From: Gemmatimonadota bacterium
GTDB lineage: Bacteria; Gemmatimonadota; Gemmatimonadetes; Gemmatimonadales; GWC2-71-9
Length of the DNA: 64,000 nt
Direction: 5' to 3'
Assembly: GCA_024641745.1 (NCBI GenBank)
Contig: JAHECL010000001.1
Coordinates: 29,846-93,845, forward strand
A model generated the notes under the pieces. That model was not told the DNA's origin. It worked only from the letters and a program-made list of their open reading frames with translations, and made no database searches. Of this stretch, positions 7,987 through 15,353 are shown piece after piece; position 1 is the first letter of the stretch; the number at the start of each line of letters is the position of its first letter. The position numbers and the translations under genes are program-made.

Positions 7987-9819
7987 ATGTCCACGATTGC
8001 GATGGGACATGCCGGGACGGAAGCCGCCCCTGCCGAGAAGAAGGGACTCTGGAGCTGGATCACGACCGTGGACCACAAGCGGATCGGGATCCTCTACGGA
8101 GTGACCGCCTTCCTCTTCTTCCTTATCGGCGGGCTCGAGGCGCTGCTGATCCGGTGGCAGCTCGGGGCGCCCGACAAGACCTTCCTCAGCCCCGAGGCGT
8201 ACAACCAGCTGTTCACCATGCACGGCACCACCATGATCTTCCTCGGGGTGATGCCGCTCTCGGCGATGTTCTTCAACTACTTCATCCCGCTCCAGATCGG
8301 CGCGCGGGACGTGGCGTTCCCGCGGCTCAATGCGTACAGCTACTGGGTCTTCCTCTTCGGCGGCCTCGTCCTGAACGCCAGCTTTCTGTTCAACGCCGCG
8401 CCGGACATGGGGTGGTTCGCCTACGCCAACCTGACCTCGAAGCAGTTCAGCCCCGGCCTGAACGTCGATTTCTGGATCATCGGCCTGCAGATTCTCGGCA
8501 TCGCCTCGCTGGCCGCGGCGGTGAACTTCTTCGTGACCATCATCAACCTCCGTGCGCCCGGCATGAAGATGATGCGGATGCCGATGTTCGTCTGGATGAG
8601 CCTCATCACCCAGGTCCTCCTGCTGCTCGCCTTCCCGATCATCACGGTGGCCCTGGTCCTGCTGATGCTCGACCGGAACTTCGGTACCCACTTCTTCGTG
8701 CCGAGCGGCGGCGGCGATCCGGTGCTCTGGCAGCACCTCTTCTGGCTCTTCGGCCATCCCGAGGTGTACATCCTCATCCTGCCGGCGTTCGGCGTGGTGT
8801 CGGAAATCCTGCCGGTCTTCTCGCGGAAGCCGCTCTTCGGGTATGCCGCGATGGTCTTCTCCGGCTGCTTCATCGCCTTCCTCGGGTTCGGCGTCTGGAG
8901 CCACCACATGTTCTCCACCGGCATGGGCCCGATGGCGGACACGGTGTTTTCGCTGGGAACGATGCTCATCGCCATCCCGACCGGCGTGAAGATCTTCAAC
9001 TGGATCGGCACTGTCTGGGGCGGCTCGATCCAGTACAAGACCCCGATGTACTTCGCCCTCGGCTTCGTGGCGATGTTCATCATCGGCGGCCTGTCGGGTG
9101 TCATGCACGCCTCCCCGCCGGCTGACCTGCAGCAGACCGACAGCTACTTCATCGTGGCGCACTTCCACTACGTGCTCTTCGGCGGCAGCATCTTCGCCCT
9201 CACCGCCGGCGCCTACTACTGGTTCCCGAAGATGACCGGCCGGATGCTGAGCGAGTCGCTCGGCAAGGTGCATTTCTGGCTGATGTTCCTCGGGTTCAAC
9301 CTGACCTTCGCGCCGATGCACATCCTCGGCCTGAACGGGATGCCGCGCCGGGTCTACACCTACTCCGCGGGCATGGGCTTCGAGTTCTGGAACGCCATCG
9401 AGACCGCCGGGTCGCTGGTCCTGGGCTTTTCCTTCCTGGTGTTCATCTGGAACATCCTCCGGTCGCTGAAGGCCGGCGAGGTGGCCCCGGCCGACCCGTG
9501 GCATGGCGCGACGCTCGAGTGGTCGATCCCCTCGCCGCCGCAGGAGTGGAATTTTGCGGTGGAGCCCACGGTGGACGGGCGGGATCCGCTCTGGGAAGAG
9601 CGCCGGGCGAAGGGCGGCACGCTGCCGGAGCCGGAGCGCGTCAGCGGTGCGGGCATCCACCTGCCGAGTCCCTCGTACTGGCCGATCGTGACCGCGTTCG
9701 GCACCGCGATGACGCTCGTCGGCTTCCTGATGCACGTCACCCTCTGGGTCATCCTGGCGGGCCTGGCGATCACCATGCTCGGCATCTTCTCGTGGGCCTT
9801 CGAGCCCGCGGACCACTAG
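7987..9819 (+). CDS. ctaD: Cytochrome c oxidase subunit I
   Basis: 610 aa with 12 or more TM helices. Classic haem-copper motifs WFFGHPEVYILILPAFG (here LFWLFGHPEVYILILPAFG) and HHMF, VAHFHYV. Confidence 0.95.
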   Translation: MSTIAMGHAGTEAAPAEKKGLWSWITTVDHKRIGILYGVTAFLFFLIGGLEALLIRWQLGAPDKTFLSPEAYNQLFTMHGTTMIFLGVMPLSAMFFNYFIPLQIGARDVAFPRLNAYSYWVFLFGGLVLNASFLFNAAPDMGWFAYANLTSKQFSPGLNVDFWIIGLQILGIASLAAAVNFFVTIINLRAPGMKMMRMPMFVWMSLITQVLLLLAFPIITVALVLLMLDRNFGTHFFVPSGGGDPVLWQHLFWLFGHPEVYILILPAFGVVSEILPVFSRKPLFGYAAMVFSGCFIAFLGFGVWSHHMFSTGMGPMADTVFSLGTMLIAIPTGVKIFNWIGTVWGGSIQYKTPMYFALGFVAMFIIGGLSGVMHASPPADLQQTDSYFIVAHFHYVLFGGSIFALTAGAYYWFPKMTGRMLSESLGKVHFWLMFLGFNLTFAPMHILGLNGMPRRVYTYSAGMGFEFWNAIETAGSLVLGFSFLVFIWNILRSLKAGEVAPADPWHGATLEWSIPSPPQEWNFAVEPTVDGRDPLWEERRAKGGTLPEPERVSGAGIHLPSPSYWPIVTAFGTAMTLVGFLMHVTLWVILAGLAITMLGIFSWAFEPADH

Positions 9820-9846
9820 ACACTCACGACTGAGACGGACGGTCCC

Positions 9847-10485
9847 TTGGCGCACGACACCGCACACGCGATGCATCCCCCGACGGCTACCGGGCTCGAC
9901 ACCCGGAAGCTGGCGATCTGGACGTTCATCGGGTCGGAATGCCTGTTCTTCGCGACCCTGATTTCGAACTATCTCGTGTACAAGGGGCAGAGCCTGGTCG
10001 GGCCGCTCCCGCACGAAACGTCCCAGTGCATGCTGCACGGCCAGATGGCCACCTGCGAGCCGATCTTCGAGATCCCGCTGGTCACCTTCGGCACCGCGGT
10101 CCTGCTCTTCAGCTCCTTCTTCGTGGTGCTGGCGCTCAACGGCGCGCAAAAGGGGAATCGGAAGCAGTTGATCGGCTGGCTCTCCGCCACCGTCCTCTGC
10201 GGCCTCTTCTTCGTCGGCATGCAGGTCTACGAGTTCTATCACTTCTTCCACAAGGGGCTGGGCTACACGACCAACCTCTTCGGGTCATCGTTCTACACGC
10301 TGACCGGGTTCCACGGCACCCACGTGACCCTCGGCGTGATCTGGCTCGCCACGGTGCTCGTCCTGGCCATCCGCGGGAAGTTGCCGCCGGAGAAGGCGCT
10401 GAACCTCGAGATCGCCGCGCTCTACTGGCACTTCGTGGACGTTGTCTGGATCGTGATCTTCCCCGTCGTCTACCTGATGAGGTGA
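9847..10485 (+). CDS. ctaE: Cytochrome c oxidase subunit III
   Basis: 212 aa polytopic protein. FYTLTGFHGTHVTLGVIWL and YWHFVDVVWIVIF are hallmark subunit III motifs. TTG start. Confidence 0.9.
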   Translation: MAHDTAHAMHPPTATGLDTRKLAIWTFIGSECLFFATLISNYLVYKGQSLVGPLPHETSQCMLHGQMATCEPIFEIPLVTFGTAVLLFSSFFVVLALNGAQKGNRKQLIGWLSATVLCGLFFVGMQVYEFYHFFHKGLGYTTNLFGSSFYTLTGFHGTHVTLGVIWLATVLVLAIRGKLPPEKALNLEIAALYWHFVDVVWIVIFPVVYLMR

Positions 10486-10490
10486 TCGGC

Positions 10491-10838
10491 ATGGACGCCC
10501 AAGTCGCCACGCACGAACACGCCCATCCCGGCCCCGCGCTCTATCTGAAGGTCGCGGTGATCCTCTTCGTCATGACTGCGCTCGAGGTGCTGGCGTTTGA
10601 GGTGTCGCACCGGTCCGGCTGGCCGATGCACGGCCTGGTCCAGCCGCTGCTCAACGAGATTCTCATCATCCTCTCCGCCGCCAAGTTCGCGCTGGTGGCA
10701 ATGTTCTACATGCACCTGAAGCAGGACAGCAAGATCTTCAGCGGTCTGCTCGTCTTTCCGCTGATCATTGCCGCGGTCGTGATTCTCGCGCTCCTGCTGC
10801 TCTTCGCGTACCTGCGGGCGCAGCATCCGGGGATGTAG
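10491..10838 (+). CDS. ctaF: Cytochrome c oxidase subunit IV (prokaryotic CoxIV/CtaF family)
   Basis: ATG at 10491 inside the track ORF 9939..10838. About 115 aa with three TM helices. KFALVAMFYMHLK is typical of bacterial subunit IV. It immediately follows ctaE. Confidence 0.75.
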   Translation: MDAQVATHEHAHPGPALYLKVAVILFVMTALEVLAFEVSHRSGWPMHGLVQPLLNEILIILSAAKFALVAMFYMHLKQDSKIFSGLLVFPLIIAAVVILALLLLFAYLRAQHPGM

Positions 10839-10861
10839 CCCGCGCGGTGCCTGCAGGTCCA

Positions 10862-10895
10862 GCGGCCCCGCCCCGGCGGGGCCGCTTCGTCTTCC
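10862..10895 (+). terminator. Putative intrinsic terminator of the cta operon
   Basis: gcggccccgc / gcggggccgc 10-bp GC stem (10862-10885) followed by ttcgtcttcc. Confidence 0.5.
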
Positions 10896-10909
10896 GCCCG
10901 TGAGGATCC

Positions 10910-12304
10910 ATGCGCACGCTCCTGGTCCTGCTGCTGACGATTGCCGGTGTCTCGCCCGTCCTTGGCCAGGGCACGCGGCCGCCGAACTTCGACTCCCTTG
11001 CGGCGGAGGCGACGGCCTGGCTCCAGGCGTACCTGAGGATCCGCACGGTCAACCCCCCGGGCAATGAGACCGCCGGCGCCGAGTTCCTGCAGGCGGTCCT
11101 GGCCGGCGAGGGCATCGAGGCGGAAATCTTCGAGTATGCCCCCGGGCGCGGCAACCTCTACGCGAGGCTTCCCGGAACCGGTGCCAGACGACCGATGGTG
11201 CTCCTCAGCCACATCGACGTGGTTCCCGCCGACTCCGCGCTGTGGCGTGTGCCGCCCTTCTCCGGGGCCATCGTGGATGACGCCATCTGGGGGCGCGGGG
11301 CGCAGGACACCAAGGGGCTGGCGATCGTCCAGCTGGCGACGATGGTGGCGCTCAAGCGGCGGGGGATCCCGCTCTCCCGGGACCTCATCCTGATTGCCAA
11401 CGCCGACGAGGAGATAAGCTCGGAGGGGTCCCGCTGGTTCACGGCGCAGAAGACCGAACTGGTCCGGGGCGCCGAGTTCCTGCTGAACGAGGGCGGCGAC
11501 AACGTGATGGGGGCGGACGGCAGGTCGGTCTCCTACGGGCTCGCCGCCGGCGAGAAAGTGCCCTACTGGTTGCGACTGACGGTGCGCGGCGAGCCCGGTC
11601 ATGGCAGCCGCCCCCATCCGGGAAACGCCGCCCAGCGGTTGTCCCGGGTGCTGGGCCGCATCGCCGACTGGGAGACCCCGCTGGTGCTGACCCCGCCCGC
11701 CGCCGCGTACCTCGAGGCGCTTGCCACCAGGGAACCCGACCCGGTCCACCGCGCCTGGCTGGGGGATCCGGCGGCGGCGCTGCGCGATCCGGCCGCGGTG
11801 GCCTGGCTGACGGCCGACCGCTACCAGAATGCGATCCTCCGGAACACCGTCTCGATCACGGTGCTGCACGGCTCGTCCAGCACGAACGTGATCCCCGCGG
11901 AGGCGTCGGCCGACCTCGATGTGCGCCTGCTGCCGGGCCAGCGACAGGAGGACTTCCTGGTGCAGCTGCGAGAGGTCATGCGGGACACGACGGTCGTGAT
12001 CGAGGCGATCTCGACCCCCCGGACTGCCATTGCCTCTCCGGTGCGGGGTCCCGTGGTGCAGGCGTTTTCCGACGCGGTGGAAGCGATGGATCCCGGTGCG
12101 CTGGTCCTGCCCAGGATGCTGACCGGCTACACCGACAGCTACGACTACCGCCGCATCGGCATCGATGCCTACGGGATCGACTCGTGGCGCGCCACCGAGG
12201 AGGTGCACGCGACGGTCCACGGCACCAACGAGCGGGTGCCGGTCGCTGAGGTTAGGTTCGGGGTGGAGTTCTACTACCGCCTCGTGGAGCAGCTGGTGCG
12301 CTGA
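10910..12304 (+). CDS. M20/M28-type metallopeptidase (ArgE/DapE/ACY1/CPG2 family), secreted
   Basis: Signal peptide MRTLLVLLLTIAGVSPVLG. Motifs SHIDVVPAD, GRGAQDTKG and NADEEISSEG. Confidence 0.8.
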   Translation: MRTLLVLLLTIAGVSPVLGQGTRPPNFDSLAAEATAWLQAYLRIRTVNPPGNETAGAEFLQAVLAGEGIEAEIFEYAPGRGNLYARLPGTGARRPMVLLSHIDVVPADSALWRVPPFSGAIVDDAIWGRGAQDTKGLAIVQLATMVALKRRGIPLSRDLILIANADEEISSEGSRWFTAQKTELVRGAEFLLNEGGDNVMGADGRSVSYGLAAGEKVPYWLRLTVRGEPGHGSRPHPGNAAQRLSRVLGRIADWETPLVLTPPAAAYLEALATREPDPVHRAWLGDPAAALRDPAAVAWLTADRYQNAILRNTVSITVLHGSSSTNVIPAEASADLDVRLLPGQRQEDFLVQLREVMRDTTVVIEAISTPRTAIASPVRGPVVQAFSDAVEAMDPGALVLPRMLTGYTDSYDYRRIGIDAYGIDSWRATEEVHATVHGTNERVPVAEVRFGVEFYYRLVEQLVR

Positions 12305-12343
12305 CCGGCGCACCGCCGGGCGTCCTCCAGGTCGTGAGGTTCC

Positions 12344-12670
12344 GTGATCCGCTTATTCTGGTACTTGCTGATCGCCGCCTTCATCGGTGCCCTGCTCGTC
12401 GGCGCGTCGTATGCGGCGGCGTACGCGCGGATCGGTACGATCCTCGGCGCGCCGCCACCGAAGATGGGCGAGCGATCGGCGACGTTGCTCTGGAAGGGCG
12501 CGCCCGAATTGCCGGGGCATCCCAGGGTCTGGCGGTTCACCTTCGGCCCCACCCTCATTCCAGGGGCGAAGTCGGTCAGGATCTGGGTGGATCCGCTCGG
12601 GCGGATCGTCCGGATGGAGCCGCGGGACCTGGAGGCACGGCTGGCGGGGTTCCACGACCGGGGGTACTGA
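12344..12670 (+). CDS. Hypothetical membrane-anchored protein
   Basis: 108 aa with a GTG start and an N-terminal TM helix (LFWYLLIAAFIGALLVGASYAAAY). No recognised domain. Confidence 0.45.
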   Translation: MIRLFWYLLIAAFIGALLVGASYAAAYARIGTILGAPPPKMGERSATLLWKGAPELPGHPRVWRFTFGPTLIPGAKSVRIWVDPLGRIVRMEPRDLEARLAGFHDRGY

Positions 12671-12687
12671 GCCGGGGAAGCCCCTGA

Positions 12688-13311
12688 TCAGGGGCGGGTC
12701 AGCGCGATCGCGATGGTCGTTTCGAATGTCGCTGCGTACCCAGGTTCGAACAGCGCGAGGCCCGCCTCCTTGAGGCGGGCCTCTTCGTTTGCCTCGAACC
12801 GGGCGAGATCGAAGGGCCTGGCGGGCAGGGCGGCGTACGCCGGGAACTCGTCCTGGATGGGACACCCGTTCGGCAGGAGGCGACCATCATGCGACTCGAG
12901 CCCGAGCCCCATCATCCGGCAGACGGCGGGCCGCCCGGCATAGACGGCGCAGGCGCCGTCTTCGAGGCAGGGACAGGGCTCCTGGGCCAGGGCGTCACAA
13001 AGCGCGTCGAACGGGGCCTCGCCCAGCGTGCCGACGTCGTGGGGCGCCGGCCAGGCGGGCGCGAGCGCCAGCTGCCGGGCAGCGGATGCCCGGGCGCGTT
13101 CGAGCAGCGCCTCGCGCCGTCTGGGCGGCAGCGCGGCCACGGTCTCCCTCAGAAGGAGGATGTCGGCGGCGGAGATGTCGAAGGGACCGTGGCAGCAGGC
13201 GGTGCAGCCGGTGCGGCAGGGGATGACGCCGGGATGCTGCCTGCGGGCGTCGGCGGCGCAGGCATCGAGCGTCTCGAGCAGGGCGCGATACCGGCGCGCC
13301 GCCTCGCTCAT
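12688..13311 (-). CDS. YkgJ-family cysteine-cluster (zinc/iron-chelating) protein
   Basis: Trimmed to the ATG at 13311 (MSEAARRY). CRTGCTACCHGPF is the CxxxCxxCC cluster, with a second Cys-rich region (CPCLEDGACAVY...VCR). ATGA overlap with the upstream DUF423 gene. Confidence 0.7.
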   Translation of the reverse strand: MSEAARRYRALLETLDACAADARRQHPGVIPCRTGCTACCHGPFDISAADILLLRETVAALPPRRREALLERARASAARQLALAPAWPAPHDVGTLGEAPFDALCDALAQEPCPCLEDGACAVYAGRPAVCRMMGLGLESHDGRLLPNGCPIQDEFPAYAALPARPFDLARFEANEEARLKEAGLALFEPGYAATFETTIAIALTRP

Positions 13312-13685
13312 GCCTTGCGGAGGACGGCGAGGGTCAGGAAGAGCCAGCCAGCCATGAATGCCACGCCGCCAACCGGCGTGATCGCGCCGAGGGCACGGTT
13401 GCCGGTCAGCGCCATCGCGTAGAGCGAGCCGGAGAAGAGCACGGTCCCGAGTACGAACAGCCAGCCGGCAGCCAGGACGAGGAATCCCGGCCACCGGGTG
13501 ACCGCCTGCGCGACGACCAGCAGGGCGAGGGCGTGGTACATCTGGTAGCGGGCGCCGGTTTCGAACGCGGAGAGCATCGAGGGCTCCAGCTGCGTCCGGA
13601 GGGCGTGGGCGCCGAACGCCCCGGCGGCGACCGCGACGAAGGCCGAGAGGGCGCCCAGGGACGCGAAGCGGCGTTCAGCGTTCAT
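13308..13685 (-). CDS. DUF423 (YgdD/TMEM256-like) membrane protein
   Basis: Trimmed to the ATG at 13685 (MNAERRF). AAGAFGAHAL, four TM helices and GSLYAMALTG are typical of DUF423. Confidence 0.75.
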   Translation of the reverse strand: MNAERRFASLGALSAFVAVAAGAFGAHALRTQLEPSMLSAFETGARYQMYHALALLVVAQAVTRWPGFLVLAAGWLFVLGTVLFSGSLYAMALTGNRALGAITPVGGVAFMAGWLFLTLAVLRKA

Positions 13686-14367
13686 GGTGCTGGGCCGCCG
13701 CCTTCCGTGGACGAGCACGGTCGATCCATCCGCCGATGGCCGCCAGCGCGGTCAGCATGACGATCGCCCCGATGCCGATGGCGGTCACGATCGGCGGGGG
13801 CGGGCCGAGGGTGGTGGCGACATACGCCGCGGCGAGCAGCGCGGCGAAGCCGACCGCCAGGAGCGGCCGGACTTCGTGTTTCCGGGTTCCCCCGCCGAGA
13901 TAGAGCGCCAGGCCCAGGCCGAGCAGGCCGAGTTCGACGGTGAAGGTGAGCGGGATGCTGTTCCAGAGACCGAGGCCGATCTTCGCGCTGTCTCCGCCTG
14001 CCAGCGGCAGGTCGGGGATGTGGACAATGGCGTCGAGGAACCAGTGCGACGCCACGGCCAGGCCCACGATCAGGGCGGCCCGCCCGTGGCGGCTCGTGTC
14101 CTTGGTCGGCCAGGTATACCAGGCGGCCGCGGCGGCGGCAGCCCAGAGTCCGGCGGCGAGGAGACTGTGGGTAATCGGATAGGAGGTGAATTGCAGGGGG
14201 GAGGCCGCGGTCCAGCCGGGATGAATGATGACGCGTTCCCAGCCGAGGAGGATGGTGGCGCCCCACGCGATGTCCACCAGCTGGACGGCGACGAAGAGCG
14301 TGCCGAGCGACAGCCGCGGCTCGGCGCGCTTCAGCGCCAGCGCCACTCCGTAGTGTCCGATGAACAT
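13675..14367 (-). CDS. Polytopic membrane protein, possibly a membrane-bound metal-dependent hydrolase
   Basis: 230 aa with at least 6 TM helices. N-terminal MFIGHYGVALALK and internal HSLL/SHWFLDAIVH His motifs. The functional assignment is weak. Confidence 0.55.
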   Translation of the reverse strand: MFIGHYGVALALKRAEPRLSLGTLFVAVQLVDIAWGATILLGWERVIIHPGWTAASPLQFTSYPITHSLLAAGLWAAAAAAAWYTWPTKDTSRHGRAALIVGLAVASHWFLDAIVHIPDLPLAGGDSAKIGLGLWNSIPLTFTVELGLLGLGLALYLGGGTRKHEVRPLLAVGFAALLAAAYVATTLGPPPPIVTAIGIGAIVMLTALAAIGGWIDRARPRKAAAQHHER

Positions 14368-14371
14368 CGGC

Positions 14372-15286
14372 TCAGCCTTCCGCGGTCTTCAGGGACTCGG
14401 GCGAGACCGCCATGCCCATGGCGTGGTACCCGTTGTCGACGTAGACGACGCTTCCCGTGATCGCCGCCGCCATCGGGCTGGCCAGGAAGGCGGCGGTGTA
14501 GCCCACGTCGCTCGGATCCATCTTCCGGGGGAGCGGCGAGTTGGCGGCGCAGTACTCGATCATCATGTCGATGAAGCCGATGGCCGAGGCGGCGCGGGAG
14601 GCCCAGGGGCCGGCGGAGATGGTGTTGATGCGGATGCCGAATCGTCGGCCGGCCTCGTACGCCAGGGTGCGGGTGTCGGCCTCGAGCGCCGCCTTGGCGG
14701 TGGACATCCCGCCGCCGTAGCCCGGGACGGCACGTTCACCCGCCATGTAGGTCAGGGAGAGGAACGAGCCGCCCTCCCGCATCAGGGGGCCGAAGTTGCG
14801 GACGAAGGAGACGTTGCTGTAGGCGCTCACCCCGATGGCGGAGAGGTAGCCGGCGCGGGACGTGTCGAGCAGCTGGTTCTTGACCTCGGGTCCGTTGGCG
14901 AGGGAATGCACCACGATGTCGATCGGGCGGTCGCCGAAGTCACGCTGCAGTCCGGCGGCGATGCCCTGGATCGTGAAATCGCCATGGTCCCTGTATCGCT
15001 TGTTGTCACGGGTGTCGGCGGGCACATCGGCCATCGAATCGAAGGCGGCGTCGAGCGGGTAGATCTTCTCGAACGCCATCTTCCGCCCGTCGGAAAGCGT
15101 CATCGACTCGTCCATCTTGCCGCGCTCGAGCAGCTTCTGGAAGATGCCGAGGGCGGGGGGCCAGGTGCCGAGGCAGATGGTGGCCCCGGCCTCGGCCAGC
15201 GCCTTGGCGATGGCGAACCCGAATCCGCCGTCATCCGCCACACCAGCCACGAGGGCGCGCTTGCCGCGCAGGTCGATCGGAAGCAT
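14372..15286 (-). CDS. fabI: Enoyl-[acyl-carrier-protein] reductase (NADH), long plant/chlamydia-type FabI
   Basis: GVADDGGFGFAIAKALAEAGATICLGTWPPALGIF..., catalytic Y-x6-K region (YGGGMSTAKAALE) and INTISAGP. Confidence 0.9.
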   Translation of the reverse strand: MLPIDLRGKRALVAGVADDGGFGFAIAKALAEAGATICLGTWPPALGIFQKLLERGKMDESMTLSDGRKMAFEKIYPLDAAFDSMADVPADTRDNKRYRDHGDFTIQGIAAGLQRDFGDRPIDIVVHSLANGPEVKNQLLDTSRAGYLSAIGVSAYSNVSFVRNFGPLMREGGSFLSLTYMAGERAVPGYGGGMSTAKAALEADTRTLAYEAGRRFGIRINTISAGPWASRAASAIGFIDMMIEYCAANSPLPRKMDPSDVGYTAAFLASPMAAAITGSVVYVDNGYHAMGMAVSPESLKTAEG

Positions 15287-15353
15287 GCGGGACGTCCCAT
15301 GAGAAGAGGATGCGGTAATCTACCCCTCCCCGTATGGAGAGGTAAGAAGTGGG

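Noticed and set aside
7498-10251. 917-aa minus-strand ORF antisense to ctaC/ctaD/ctaE
   Set aside because: It is extremely Arg/Glu/Pro/Gly/His-rich and of low complexity, and it lies opposite genes with unmistakable oxidase motifs. This is the typical shadow ORF of a high-GC genome with few stop codons on the antisense strand.
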